64,000 nt of DNA, from contig CM082589.2 in NCBI GenBank assembly GCA_040954595.2, positions 9,560,894 through 9,624,893 of the forward strand, in the 5' to 3' direction. This document shows, piece after piece, positions 27,701 to 41,149 of this stretch (positions within the stretch are counted from its first letter, which is position 1; each line of letters opens with the position of its first letter). The translations under genes were made by a program, and so were the position numbers. A model generated the notes under the pieces. That model ran no database searches. It saw only the letters and a program-made list of their open reading frames with translations, and had not been told where the DNA came from. This stretch comes from Balanoglossus misakiensis. Taxonomy: Eukaryota > Animalia > Hemichordata.

Positions 27701-30700
27701 AAATTTTACAGCTATCCGTCGATCTACAGAGTCTAGTGGAAACGTTCTTATGCGCATAGGCCTATATATGTGTTCTGCGCATCACAACAGAATTTTGTAA
27801 ACAAACGAGGCTGTGTTTGGAAGCAACCATGGACATTTTAGAACTATCTCTCGATCTACAGAGTCTATAGTGGAAAACTTTCTTATGCACATATGCCTAT
27901 ATATGTGTTCTGCGCATCACAACAGAATTTTGTAAACAAACGAGGCTGTGTTTGGTAGCAACCATGGACATTTTAGAACTATCTCTCGATCTACAGAGTC
28001 TATAGTGGAAAACTTTCTTATGCACATATGCCTATCTATGTGTTCTGCGCCTCACAACAGAATTCGGTAAATAAACGAGGCTGTTTGGAAGCAACCATGG
28101 AAATTTTACAACTATCCGTCGATCTACAGAGTCTAGTGGAAAACGTTATTATGCGCATAGGCCTATATATGTGTTCTGCGCATCACAACAGAATTTTGTA
28201 AACAAACGAGGCTGTGTTTGGAAGCAACCATGGAAATTTTAGAACTATCTCTCGATCTACAGAGTCTAGTGGAAAACTTTATTATGCACATATGCCTATC
28301 TATGTGTTCTGCGCATCACAACAGAAATCGGTAAATAAACGAGGCTGTTTGGAAGCAACCATGGAAATTTTACAACTATCCGTCGATCTACAGAGTCTGG
28401 TGGAAAACTTTCTTATGCGCATAGGCCTATTACGTGCTCTGCGCCTCACAACAGAATTCGGTAAATAAACGAGGCTGTTTGGAAGCAACCATGGAAATTT
28501 TAGAACTATCCGTCGATCTACAGAGTCTAGTGGAAAAATGTCTTATGCGCATAGGCCTATCATGTGTTCTGTGCCTCACAACAGAAATCGGTAAATAAAC
28601 GAGGCTGTTTGGAAGCAACCATGGAAATTGTACAACTATCCGTCGATCTACAGAGTCTAGTGGAAAACGTTCTTATGCGCATAGGCCTATCTATGTGTTA
28701 TGCGCATCACAACAGAAATCGGTAAATAAACGAGGCTGTATTTGGAAGCAACCATGAAATTTTACAACTATCCGTCGATCTACAGAGTCTGGTGGAAAAC
28801 TTCCTTATGCGCATAGACCTATTACGTGTTCTGCGCCTCACAACAGAATTCGGTAAATAAACGAGGCTGTTTGGAAGCAACCATGGACATTGTACAACTA
28901 TCCGTCGATCTACAAAGTCTAGTGGAAAACGTTCTTATGCGCATAGGCCTATCTATGTGTTATGCGCATCACAACAGAAATCGCTAAATAAACGAGGCTG
29001 TATTTGGAAGCAACCATGAAATTTTACAACTATCCGTCGATCTACAGAGTCTAGTGGAAAAATGTCTCATGCGCATAGGCCTATCATGTGTTCTGCGCCT
29101 CACAACAGAAATCGGTAAATAAACGAGGCTGTTTGGAAGCAACCATGGAAATTTTACAGCTATCCGTCGATCTACAGAGTCTAGTGGAAACGTTCTTATG
29201 CGCATAGGCCTATATATGTGTTCTGCGCATCACAACAGAATTTTGTAAACAAACGAGGCTGTGTTTGGTAGCAACCATGGACATTTTAGAACTATCTCTC
29301 GATCTACAGAGTCTATAGTGGAAAACTTTCTTATGCACATATGCCTATCTATGTGTTCTGCGCCTCACAACAGAATTCGGTAAATAAACGAGGCTGTTTG
29401 GAAGCAACCATGGAAATTTTACAACTATCCGTCGATCTACAGAGTCTAGTGGAAAACGTTATTATGCGCATAGGCCTATATATGTGTTCTGCGCATCACA
29501 ACAGAATTTTGTAAACAAACGAGGCTGTGTTTGGAAGCAACCATGGAAATTTTAGAACTATCTCTCGATCTACAGAGTCTAGTGGAAAACTTTATTATGC
29601 ACATATGCCTATATATGTGTTCTGCGCATCACAACAGAAATCGGTAAATAAACGAGGCTGTTTGGAAGCAACCATGGAAATTTTACAACTATCCGTCGAT
29701 CTACAGAGTCTGGTGGAAAACTTTCTTATGCGCATAGGCCTATTACGTGCTCTGCGCCTCACAACAGAATTCGGTAAATAAACGAGTCTGTTTGGAAGCA
29801 ACCATGGAAATTTTAGAACTATCCGTCGATCTACAGAGTCTAGTGGAAAAATGTCTTATGCGCATAGGCCTATCATGTGTTCTGTGCCTCACAACAGAAA
29901 TCGGTAAATAAACGAGGCTGTTTGGAAGCAACCATGGAAATTGTACAACTATCCGTCGATCTACAGAGTCTAGTGGAAAACGTTCTTATGCGCATAGGCC
30001 TATGTATGTGTTATGCGCATCACAACAGAAATCGGTAAATAAACGAGGCTGTATTTGGAAGCAACCATGGAAATTGTACAACTATCCATCGATCTACAGA
30101 GTCTATAGTGGAAAACTTTCTTATGCACATATGCCTATCTATGTGTTCTGCGCCTCACAACAGAAATCGGTAAATAAACGAGGCTGTTTAAAAGCAACCA
30201 TGGAAATTTTACAGCTATCCGTCGATCTACAGAGTCTAGTGGAAACGTTCTTATGCGCATAGGCCTATATATGTGTTCTGCGCATCACAACAGAATTTTG
30301 TAAACAAACGAGGCTGTGTTTGGAAGCAACCATGGACATTTTAGAACTATCTCTCGATCTACAGAGTCTATAGTGGAAAACTTTCTTATGCACATATGCC
30401 TATATATGTGTTCTGCGCATCACAACAGAATTTTGTAAACAAACGAGGCTGTGTTTGGTAGCAACCATGGACATTTTAGAACTATCTCTCGATCTACAGA
30501 GTCTTTAGTGGAAAACTTTCTTATGCACATATGCCTATCTATGTGTTCTGCGCCTCACAACAGAATTCGGTAAATAAACGAGGCTGTTTGGAAGCAACCA
30601 TGGAAATTTTACAACTATCCGTCGATCTACAGAGTCTAGTGGAAAACGTTATTATGCGCATAGGCCTATATATGTGTTCTGCGCATCACAACAGAATTTT

Positions 30701-31920
30701 GTAAACAAACGAGGCTGTGTTTGGAAGCAACCATGGAAATTTTAGAACTATCTCTCGATCTACAGAGTCTAGTGGAAAACTTTATTATGCACATATGCCT
30801 ATCTATGTGTTCTGCGCATCACAACAGAAATCGGTAAATAAACGAGGCTGTTTGGAAGCAACCATGGAAATTTTACAACTATCCGTCGATCTACAGAGTC
30901 TGGTGGAAAACTTTCTTATGCGCATAGGCCTATTACGTGCTCTGCGCCTCACAACAGAATTCGGTAAATAAACGAGGCTGTTTGGAAGCAACCATGGAAA
31001 TTTTAGAACTATCCGTCGATCTACAGAGTCTAGTGGAAAAATGTCTTATGCGCATAGGCCTATCATGTGTTCTGTGCCTCACAACAGAAATCGGTAAATA
31101 AACGAGGCTGTTTGGAAGCAACCATGGAAATTGTACAACTATCCGTCGATCTACAGAGTCTAGTGGAAAACGTTCTTATGCGCATAGGCCTATCTATGTG
31201 TTATGCGCATCACAACAGAAATCGGTAAATAAACGAGGCTGTATTTGGAAGCAACCATGAAATTTTACAACTATCCGTCGATCTACAGAGTCTGGTGGAA
31301 AACTTCCTTATGCGCATAGACCTATTACGTGTTCTGCGCCTCACAACAGAATTCGGTAAATAAACGAGGCTGTTTGGAAGCAACCATGGACATTGTACAA
31401 CTATCCGTCGATCTACAAAGTCTAGTGGAAAACGTTCTTATGCGCATAGGCCTATCTATGTGTTATGCGCATCACAACAGAAATCGCTAAATAAACGAGG
31501 CTGTATTTGGAAGCAACCATGAAATTTTACAACTATCCGTCGATCTACAGAGTCTAGTGGAAAAATGTCTCATGCGCATAGGCCTATCATGTGTTCTGCG
31601 CCTCACAACAGAAATCGGTAAATAAACGAGGCTGTTTGGAAGCAACCATGGAAATTTTACAGCTATCCGTCGATCTACAGAGTCTAGTGGAAACGTTCTT
31701 ATGCGCATAGGCCTATATATGTGTTCTGCGCATCACAACAGAATTTTGTAAACAAACGAGGCTGTGTTTGGTAGCAACCATGGACATTTTAGAACTATCT
31801 CTCGATCTACAGAGTCTATAGTGGAAAACTTTCTTATGCACATATGCCTATCTATGTGTTCTGCGCCTCACAACAGAATTCGGTAAATAAACGAGGCTGT
31901 TTGGAAGCAACCATGGAAAT
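26750..31920. repeat. Tandem duplication of a 2503-bp block (19 monomers)
   Basis: CCATCG 27583/30086 and ORF pairs 27024/29527, 27499/30002, 28214/30717 and 28984/31487 all have offset 2503. Confidence 0.88.
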
Positions 31921-32269
31921 TTTACAAATATCCGTCGATCTACAGAGTCTAGTGGAAAAATGTCTTATGCGCATAGGCCTATCATGTGTTCTGTGCCTCA
32001 CAACAGAAATCGGTAAATAAACGAGGCTGTTTGGAAGCAACCATGGAAATTGTACAACTATCCGTCGATCTACAGAGTCTAGTGGAAAACGTTCTTATGC
32101 GCATAGGCCTATCTATGTGTTATGCGCATCACAACAGAAATCGGTAAATAAACGAGGCTGTATTTGGAAGCAACCATGAAATTTTACAACTATCCGTCGA
32201 TCTACAGAGTCTGGTGGAAAACTTCCTTATGCGCATAGACCTATTACGTGTTCTGCGCCTCACAACAGA

Positions 32270-34900
32270 ATTCGGTAAATAAACGAGGCTGTTTGGAAGC
32301 AAACATGGACATTGTACAACTATCCGTCGATCTACAAAGTCTAGTGGAAAACGTTCTTATGCGCATAGGCCTATCTATGTGTTATGCGCATCACAACAGA
32401 AATCGCTAAATAAACGAGGCTGTATTTGGAAGCAACCATGAAATTTTACAACTATCCGTCGATCTACAGAGTCTAGTGGAAAAATGTCTCATGCGCATAG
32501 GCCTATCATGTGTTCTGCGCCTCACAACAGAAATCGGTAAATAAACGAGGCTGTTTGGAAGCAACCATGGAAATTTTACAGCTATCCGTCGATCTACAGA
32601 GTCTAGTGGAAACGTTCTTATGCGCATAGGCCTATATATGTGTTCTGCGCATCACAACAGAATTTTGTAAACAAACGAGGCTGTGTTTGGTAGCAACCAT
32701 GGACATTTTAGAACTATCTCTCGATCTACAGAGTCTATAGTGGAAAACTTTCTTATGCACATATGCCTATCTATGTGTTCTGCGCCTCACAACAGAATTC
32801 GGTAAATAAACGAGGCTGTTTGGAAGCAACCATGGAAATTTTACAACTATCCGTCGATCTACAGAGTCTAGTGGAAAACGTTATTATGCGCATAGGCCTA
32901 TATATGTGTTCTGCGCATCACAACAGAATTTTGTAAACAAACGAGGCTGTGTTTGGAAGCAACCATGGACATTTTAGAACTATCTCTCGATCTACAGAGT
33001 CTATAGTGGAAAACTTTCTTATGCACATATGCCTATCTATGTGTTCTGCGCCTCACAACAGAATTCGGTAAATAAACGAGGCTGTTTGGAAGCAACCATG
33101 GAAATTTTACAACTATCCGTCGATCTACAGAGTCTAGTGGAAAACGTTATTATGCGCATAGGCCTATATATGTGTTCTGCGCATCACAACAGAATTTTGT
33201 AAACAAACGAGGCTGTGTTTGGAAGCAACCATGGAAATTTTAGAACTATCTCTCGATCTACAGAGTCTAGTGGAAAACTTTATTATGCACATATGCCTAT
33301 CTATGTGTTCTGCGCATCACAACAGAAATCGGTAAATAAACGAGGCTGTTTGGAAGCAACCATGGAAATTTTACAACTATCCGTCGATCTACAGAGTCTG
33401 GTGGAAAACTTTCTTATGCGCATAGGCCTATTACGTGCTCTGCGCCTCACAACAGAATTCGGTAAATAAACGAGGCTGTTTGGAAGCAACCATGGAAATT
33501 TTAGAACTATCCGTCGATCTACAGAGTCTAGTGGAAAAATGTCTTATGCGCATAGGCCTATCATGTGTTCTGCGCCTCACAACAGAATTCGGTAAATAAA
33601 CGAGGCTGTTTGGAAGCAACCATGGACATTGTACAACTATCCGTCGATCTACAAAGTCTAGTGGAAAACGTTCTTATGCGCATAGGCCTATCTATGTGTT
33701 ATGCGCATCACAACAGAAATCGCTAAATAAACGAGGCTGTATTTGGAAGCAACCATGAAATTTTACAACTATCCGTCGATCTACAGAGTCTAGTGGAAAA
33801 ATGTCTCATGCGCATAGGCCTATCATGTGTTCTGCGCCTCACAACAGAAATCGGTAAATAAACGAGGCTGTTTGGAAGCAACCATGGAAATTTTACAGCT
33901 ATCCGTCGATCTACAGAGTCTAGTGGAAACGTTCTTATGCGCATAGGCCTATATATGTGTTCTGCGCATCACAACAGAATTTTGTAAACAAACGAGGCTG
34001 TGTTTGGTAGCAACCATGGACATTTTAGAACTATCTCTCGATCTACAGAGTCTATAGTGGAAAACTTTCTTATGCACATATGCCTATCTATGTGTTCTGC
34101 GCCTCACAACAGAATTCGGTAAATAAACGAGGCTGTTTGGAAGCAACCATGGAAATTTTACAACTATCCGTCGATCTACAGAGTCTAGTGGAAAACGTTA
34201 TTATGCGCATAGGCCTATTTATGTGTTCCGCGCATCACAACAGAATTTTGTAAACAAACGAGGCTGTGTTTGGAAGCAACCATGGACATTTTAGAACTAT
34301 CTCTCGATCTACAGAGTCTATAGTGGAAAACTTTCTTATGCACATATGCCTATCTATGTGTTCTGCGCCTCACAACAGAATTCGGTAAATAAACGAGGCT
34401 GTTTGGAAGCAACCATGGAAATTTTACAACTATCCGTCGATCTACAGAGTCTAGTGGAAAACGTTATTATGCGCATAGGCCTATATATGTGTTCTGCGCA
34501 TCACAACAGAATTTTGTAAACAAACGAGGCTGTGTTTGGAAGCAACCATGGAAATTTTAGAACTATCTCTCGATCTACAGAGTCTAGTGGAAAACTTTAT
34601 TATGCACATATGCCTATCTATGTGTTCTGCGCATCACAACAGAAATCGGTAAATAAACGAGGCTGTTTGGAAGCAACCATGGAAATTTTACAACTATCCG
34701 TCGATCTACAGAGTCTGGTGGAAAACTTTCTTATGCGCATAGGCCTATTACGTGCTCTGCGCCTCACAACAGAATTCGGTAAATAAACGAGGCTGTTTGG
34801 AAGCAACCATGGAAATTTTAGAACTATCCGTCGATCTACAGAGTCTAGTGGAAAAATGTCTTATGCGCATAGGCCTATCATGTGTTCTGCGCCTCACAAC
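32270..34900. repeat. Tandem duplication of a 1317-bp block (10 monomers)
   Basis: ORF pairs 32406/33723, 33215/34532 and 33301/34618 have offset 1317. Confidence 0.8.
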
Positions 34901-37900
34901 AGAAATCGGTAAATAAACGAGGCTGTTTGGAAGCAACCATGGAAATTGTACAACTATCCGTCGATCTACAGAGTCTAGTGGAAAACGTTCTTATGCGCAT
35001 AGGCCTATCTATGTGTTATGCGCATCACAACAGAAATCGGTAAATAAACGAGGCTGTATTTGGAAGCAACCATGAAATTTTACAACTATCCGTCGATCTA
35101 CAGAGTCTGGTGGAAAACTTCCTTATGCGCATAGACCTATTACGTGTTCTGCGCCTCACAACAGAAATCGGTAAATAAACGAGGCTGTTTGGAAGCAACC
35201 ATGGAAATTGTATAGCTATCCGTCGATCTACAGAGTCTAGTGGAAACGTTCTTATGCGCATAGGCCTATATATGTGTTCTGCGCATCACAACAGAATTTT
35301 GTAAACAAACGAGGCTGTGTTTGGTAGCAACCATGGACATTTTAGAACTATCTCTCGATCTACAGAGTCTATAGTGGAAAACTTTCTTATGCACATATGC
35401 CTATCTATGTGTTCTGCGCCTCACAACAGAATTCGGTAAATAAACGAGGCTGTTTGGAAGCAACCATGGAAATTTTACAACTATCCGTCGATCTACAGAG
35501 TCTAGTGGAAAACGTTATTATGCGCATAGGCCTATATATGTGTTCTGCGCATCACAACAGAATTTTGTAAACAAACGAGGCTGTGTTTGGAAGCAACCAT
35601 GGACATTTTAGAACTATCTCTCGATCTACAGAGTCTATAGTGGAAAACTTTCTTATGCACATAGGCCTATCTATGTGTTCTGTGCCTCACAACAGAATTC
35701 GGTAAATAAACGAGGCTGTTTGGAAGCAACCATGGAAATTTTACAACTATCCGTCGATCTACAGAGTCTAGTGGAAAACGTTCTTATGCGCATAGGCCTA
35801 TATATGTGTTCTGCGCATCACAAAAGAGTTTTGTAAACAAACGAGGCTGTGTTTGAAAGCAACCATGGACATTTTAGAACTATCTCTCGATCTACAGAGT
35901 CTATAGTGGAAAACTTTCTTATGCACATAGGCCTATCTATGTGTTCTGTGCCTCACAACAGAATTCGGTAAATAAACGAGGCTGTTTGGAAGCAACCATG
36001 GAAATTTTAGAACTATCCGTCGATCTACAGAGTCTAGTGGAAAACGTTCTTATGCGCATAGGCCTATATATGTGTTCTGCGCATCACAACAGAATTTTGT
36101 AAACAAACGAGGCTGTGTTTGGAAGCAACCATGGAAATTTTAGAACTATCTCTCGATGTACAGAGTCTATAGTGGAAAACTTTCTTATGCACATATGCCT
36201 ATCTATGTGTTCTGCGCCTCAAAACAGAATTCCGTAAATAAACGAGGCTGTTTGGAAGCAAACATGGAAATTTTAGAACTAACTCTCGATCTACAGAGTA
36301 TAGTGGAAAACGTTCATATGCGCATAGGCCTATCTATGTGTTCTGCGCATCACAACAGAATTTTGTAAACAAACCAGGCTTTGTTTGGAAGCAACCATGG
36401 ACATTTTAGAACTATTCGTCGATCTACGGAGTCTAGTGGAAAACTTTCTTATGCGCATAGGCATATGTATGTGTTCTACGCATCACAACAGAATTCGGTA
36501 AATAAACGAGGCTGTTTGGAAACAACCATGGAAATTTTTGAACTATCCGTTGATCTAAAGTTGAAAAGTTTTTTATGCGCATAGGCCTATCTATGTGTTC
36601 TGCGCCTCACAACAGAAATCGGTAAATAAACGAGGCTGTTTGGAAGCAACCATGGAAATTTTACAACTATCTCTCGATCTACAGTGTATAGTGGAAAACG
36701 TTCATATGCGCATAGGCCTATCTATGTGTTCTGCGCATCACAACAGAATTTTGTAAATAATCGAGGATGTGTTTGGAAGCAATCATGGAAATTTTAGAAC
36801 TATCCGTCGATCTACAGAGTCTAGTGGAAACTTTCTTATGCGCATAGGCATATGTATGTGTTCAGCGCATAACAACAGAATTTTGTAAATGAACGAGGCT
36901 GTGTTTGGAAACAACCATGGAAATTTTACAACTATCCGTCGATCTACGGAGTCTGGTGGAAAACTTTCTTATGCGCATAGGCCTATCATGTGTTCTGCGC
37001 CTCACAACAGAAATCGGTAAATAAACGAGGCTGTTTGGAAGCAACCATGGAAATTGTACAACTATCCGTCGATCTACAGAGTCTAGTGGAAACGTTCTTA
37101 TGCGCATAGGCCTATATATGTGTTCTGCGCATCACAACAGAATTTTGTAAACAAACGAGGCTGTGTTTGGTAGCAACCATGGACATTTTAGAACTATCTC
37201 TCGATCTACAGAGTCTATAGTGGAAAACTTTCTTATGCACATATGCCTATCTATGTGTTCTGCGCCTCACAACAGAATTCGGTAAATAAACGAGGCTGTT
37301 TGGAAGCAACCATGGAAATTTTACAACTATCCGTCGATCTACAGAGTCTAGTGGAAAACGTTATTATGCGCATAGGCCTATATATGTGTTCTGCGCATCA
37401 CAACAGAATTTTGTAAACAAACGAGGCTGTGTTTGGAAGCAACCATGAAATTTTACAACTATCCGTCGATCTACAGAGTCTAGTGGAAAAATGTCTCATG
37501 CGCATAGGCCTATCATGTGTTCTGCGCCTCACAACAGAAATCGGTAAATAAACGAGGCTGTTTGGAAGCAACCATGGAAATTGTATAGCTATCCGTCGAT
37601 CTACAGAGTCTAGTGGAAACGTTCTTATGCGCATAGGCCTATATATGTGTTCTGCGCATCACAACAGAATTTTGTAAACAAACGAGGCTGTGTTTGGTAG
37701 CAACCATGGACATTTTAGAACTATCTCTCGATCTACAGAGTCTATAGTGGAAAACTTTCTTATGCACATATGCCTATCTATGTGTTCTGCGCCTCACAAC
37801 AGAATTCGGTAAATAAACGAGGCTGTTTGGAAGCAACCATGGAAATTTTACAACTATCCGTCGATCTACAGAGTCTAGTGGAAAACGTTATTATGCGCAT

Positions 37901-40900
37901 AGGCCTATATATGTGTTCTGCGCATCACAACAGAATTTTGTAAACAAACGAGGCTGTGTTTGGAAGCAACCATGGACATTTTAGAACTATCTCTCGATCT
38001 ACAGAGTCTATAGTGGAAAACTTTCTTATGCACATAGGCCTATCTATGTGTTCTGTGCCTCACAACAGAATTCGGTAAATAAACGAGGCTGTTTGGAAGC
38101 AACCATGGAAATTTTACAACTATCCGTCGATCTACAGAGTCTAGTGGAAAACGTTCTTATGCGCATAGGCCTATATATGTGTTCTGCGCATCACAAAAGA
38201 ATTTTGTAAACAAACGAGGCTGTGTTTGAAAGCAACCATGGACATTTTAGAACTATCTCTCGATCTACAGAGTCTATAGTGGAAAACTTTCTTATGCACA
38301 TAGGCCTATCTATGTGTTCTGTGCCTCACAACAGAATTCGGTAAATAAACGAGGCTGTTTGGAAGCAACCATGGAAATTTTAGAACTATCCGTCGATCTA
38401 CAGAGTCTAGTGGAAAACGTTCTTATGCGCATAGGCCTATATATGTGTTCTGCGCATCACAACAGAATTTTGTAAACAAACGAGGCTGTGTTTGGAAGCA
38501 ACCATGGAAATTTTAGAACTATCTCTCGATGTACAGAGTCTATAGTGGAAAACTTTCTTATGCACATATGCCTATCTATGTGTTCTGCGCCTCAAAACAG
38601 AATTCCGTAAATAAACGAGGCTGTTTGGAAGCAAACATGGAAATTTTAGAACTAACTCTCGATCTACAGAGTATAGTGGAAAACGTTCATATGCGCATAG
38701 GCCTATCTATGTGTTCTGCGCATCACAACAGAATTTTGTAAACAAACCAGGCTTTGTTTGGAAGCAACCATGGACATTTTAGAACTATTCGTCGATCTAC
38801 GGAGTCTAGTGGAAAACTTTCTTATGCGCATAGGCATATGTATGTGTTCTACGCATCACAACAGAATTCGGTAAATAAACGAGGCTGTTTGGAAACAACC
38901 ATGGAAATTTTTGAACTATCCGTTGATCTAAAGTTGAAAAGTTTTTTATGCGCATAGGCCTATCTATGTGTTCTGCGCCTCACAACAGAAATCGGTAAAT
39001 AAACGAGGCTGTTTGGAAGCAACCATGGAAATTTTACAACTATCTCTCGATCTACAGAGTCTATAGTGGAAAACTTTCTTATTCACATATGCCTATCTAT
39101 GTGTTCTGCGCCTCAAAACAGAATTCCGCAAATAAACGAGGCTGTTTGGAAGCAAACATGGAAGTTTTAGAACTATCTCTCGATCTATAGTGTATAGTGG
39201 AAAACGTTCATATGCGCATAGGCCTATCTATGTGTTCTGCGCATCACAACAGAATTTTGTAAATAATCGAGGATGTGTTTGGAAGCAATCATGGAAATTT
39301 TAGAACTATCCGTCGATCTACAGAGTCTAGTGGAAACTTTCTTATGCGCATAGGCATATGTATGTGTTCAGCGCATAACAACAGAATTTTGTAAATGAAC
39401 GAGGCTGTGTTTGGAAACAACCATGGAAATTTTACAACTATCCGTCGATCTACGGAGTCTGGTGGAAAACTTTCTTATGCGCATAGGCCTATTACGTGCT
39501 CTGCGCCTCACAACAGAATTCGGTAAATAAACGAGGCTGTTTGGAAGCAACCATGGAAATTTTAGAACTATCCGTCGATCTACAGAGTCTAGTGGAAAAA
39601 TGTCTTATGCGCATAGGCCTATCATGTGTTCTGCGCCTCACAACAGAAATCGGTAAATAAAAGAGGCTGTTTGGAAGCAACCATGGAAATTGTACAACTA
39701 TCCGTCGATCTACAGAGTCTAGTGGAAAACTTCCTTATGCGCATAGACCTATTACGTGTTCTGCGCCTCACAACAGAATTCGGTAAATAAACGATGCTGT
39801 TTGGAAGCAACCATGGAAATTTTACAACTATCCGTCGATCTACAGAGTCTGGTGGAAAAATTTCTTATGCGCATAGTCCTATCATGTGTTCTGCGCATCA
39901 CAACAGAATTCGGTAAATAAACGAGGCTGTTTGGAAGCAACCATTGAAATTTTAGAACTATCCGTCGATCTACAGAGTCTAGTGGAAAACGTTCTTATGC
40001 GCATAGGCCTATCTATGTGTTATGCGCATCACAACAGAAATCGGTAAATAAACGAGGCTGTGTTTGGAAGCAACCATGGACATTTTAGAACTATCTCTCG
40101 ATCTACAGAGTCTATAGTGGAAAACTTTCTTATGCACATATGCCTATCTATGTGTTCTGCGCCTCACAACAGAAATCGGTAAATAAACGAGGCTGTTTAA
40201 AAGCAACCATGGAAATTTTACAGCTATCCGTCGATCTACAGAGTCTAGTGGAAACGTTCTTATGCGCATAGGCCTATATATGTGTTCTGCGCATCACAAC
40301 AGAATTTTGTAAACAAACGAGGCTGTGTTTGGAAGCAACCATGGACATTTTAGAACTATCTCTCGATCTACAGAGTCTATAGTGGAAAACTTTCTTATGC
40401 ACATATGCCTATCTATGTGTTCTGCGCCTCACAACAGAATTCGGTAAATAAACGAGGCTGTTTGAAAGCAACCATGGAAATTTTACAACTATCCGTCGAT
40501 CTACAGAGTCTAGTGGAAAACGTTATTATGCGCATAGGCCTATATATGTGTTCTGCGCATCACAACAGAATTGTGTAAACAAACGAGGCTGTGTTTGGAA
40601 GCAACCATGGAAATTTTAGAACTATCTCTCGATCTACAGAGTCTAGTGGAAAACTTTATTATGCACATATGCCTATCTATGTGTTCTGCGCATCACAACA
40701 GAAATCGGTAAATAAACGAGGCTGTTTGGAAGCAACCATGGAAATTTTACAACTATCCGTCGATCTACAGAGTCTGGTGGAAAATTTTCTTATGCGCATA
40801 GGCCTATTACGTGCTCTGCGCCTCACAACAGAATTCGGTAAATAAACGAGGCTGTTTGGAAGCAACCATGGAAATTTTAGAACTATCCGTCGATCTACAG

Positions 40901-41149
40901 AGTCTAGTGGAAAAATGTCTTATGCGCATAGGCCTATCATGTGTTCTGCGCCTCACAACAGAAATCGGTAAATAAACGAGGCTGTTTGGAAGTAACCATG
41001 GAAATTGTACAACTATCCGTCGATCTACAGAGTCTAGTGGAAAACGTTCTTATGCGCATAGGCCTATCTATGTGTTATGCGCATCACAACAGAAATCGGT
41101 AAATAAACGAGGCTGTATTTGGAAGCAACCATGAAATTTTACAACTATC

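Larger units (their letters stand above)
14180..35600. repeat. Satellite domain B: homogeneous HOR region (variants GGTAGCAACC, ACAGCTAT, TCGCTAAA, CATAGACC, GTCTCATG), roughly 7-19-mer units; same variant set also at ~5.1-7.2, ~9.1-12.6, ~54.6-57.8 and ~59-64 kb
   Basis: An identical repeat-derived ORF recurs at 16190, 17245, 19489, 23181, 24236, 28984, 31487, 32406 and 33723. Spacings include 1055, 2244, 2503, 919 and 1317 bp, all near-integer multiples of ~132. Confidence 0.8.
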
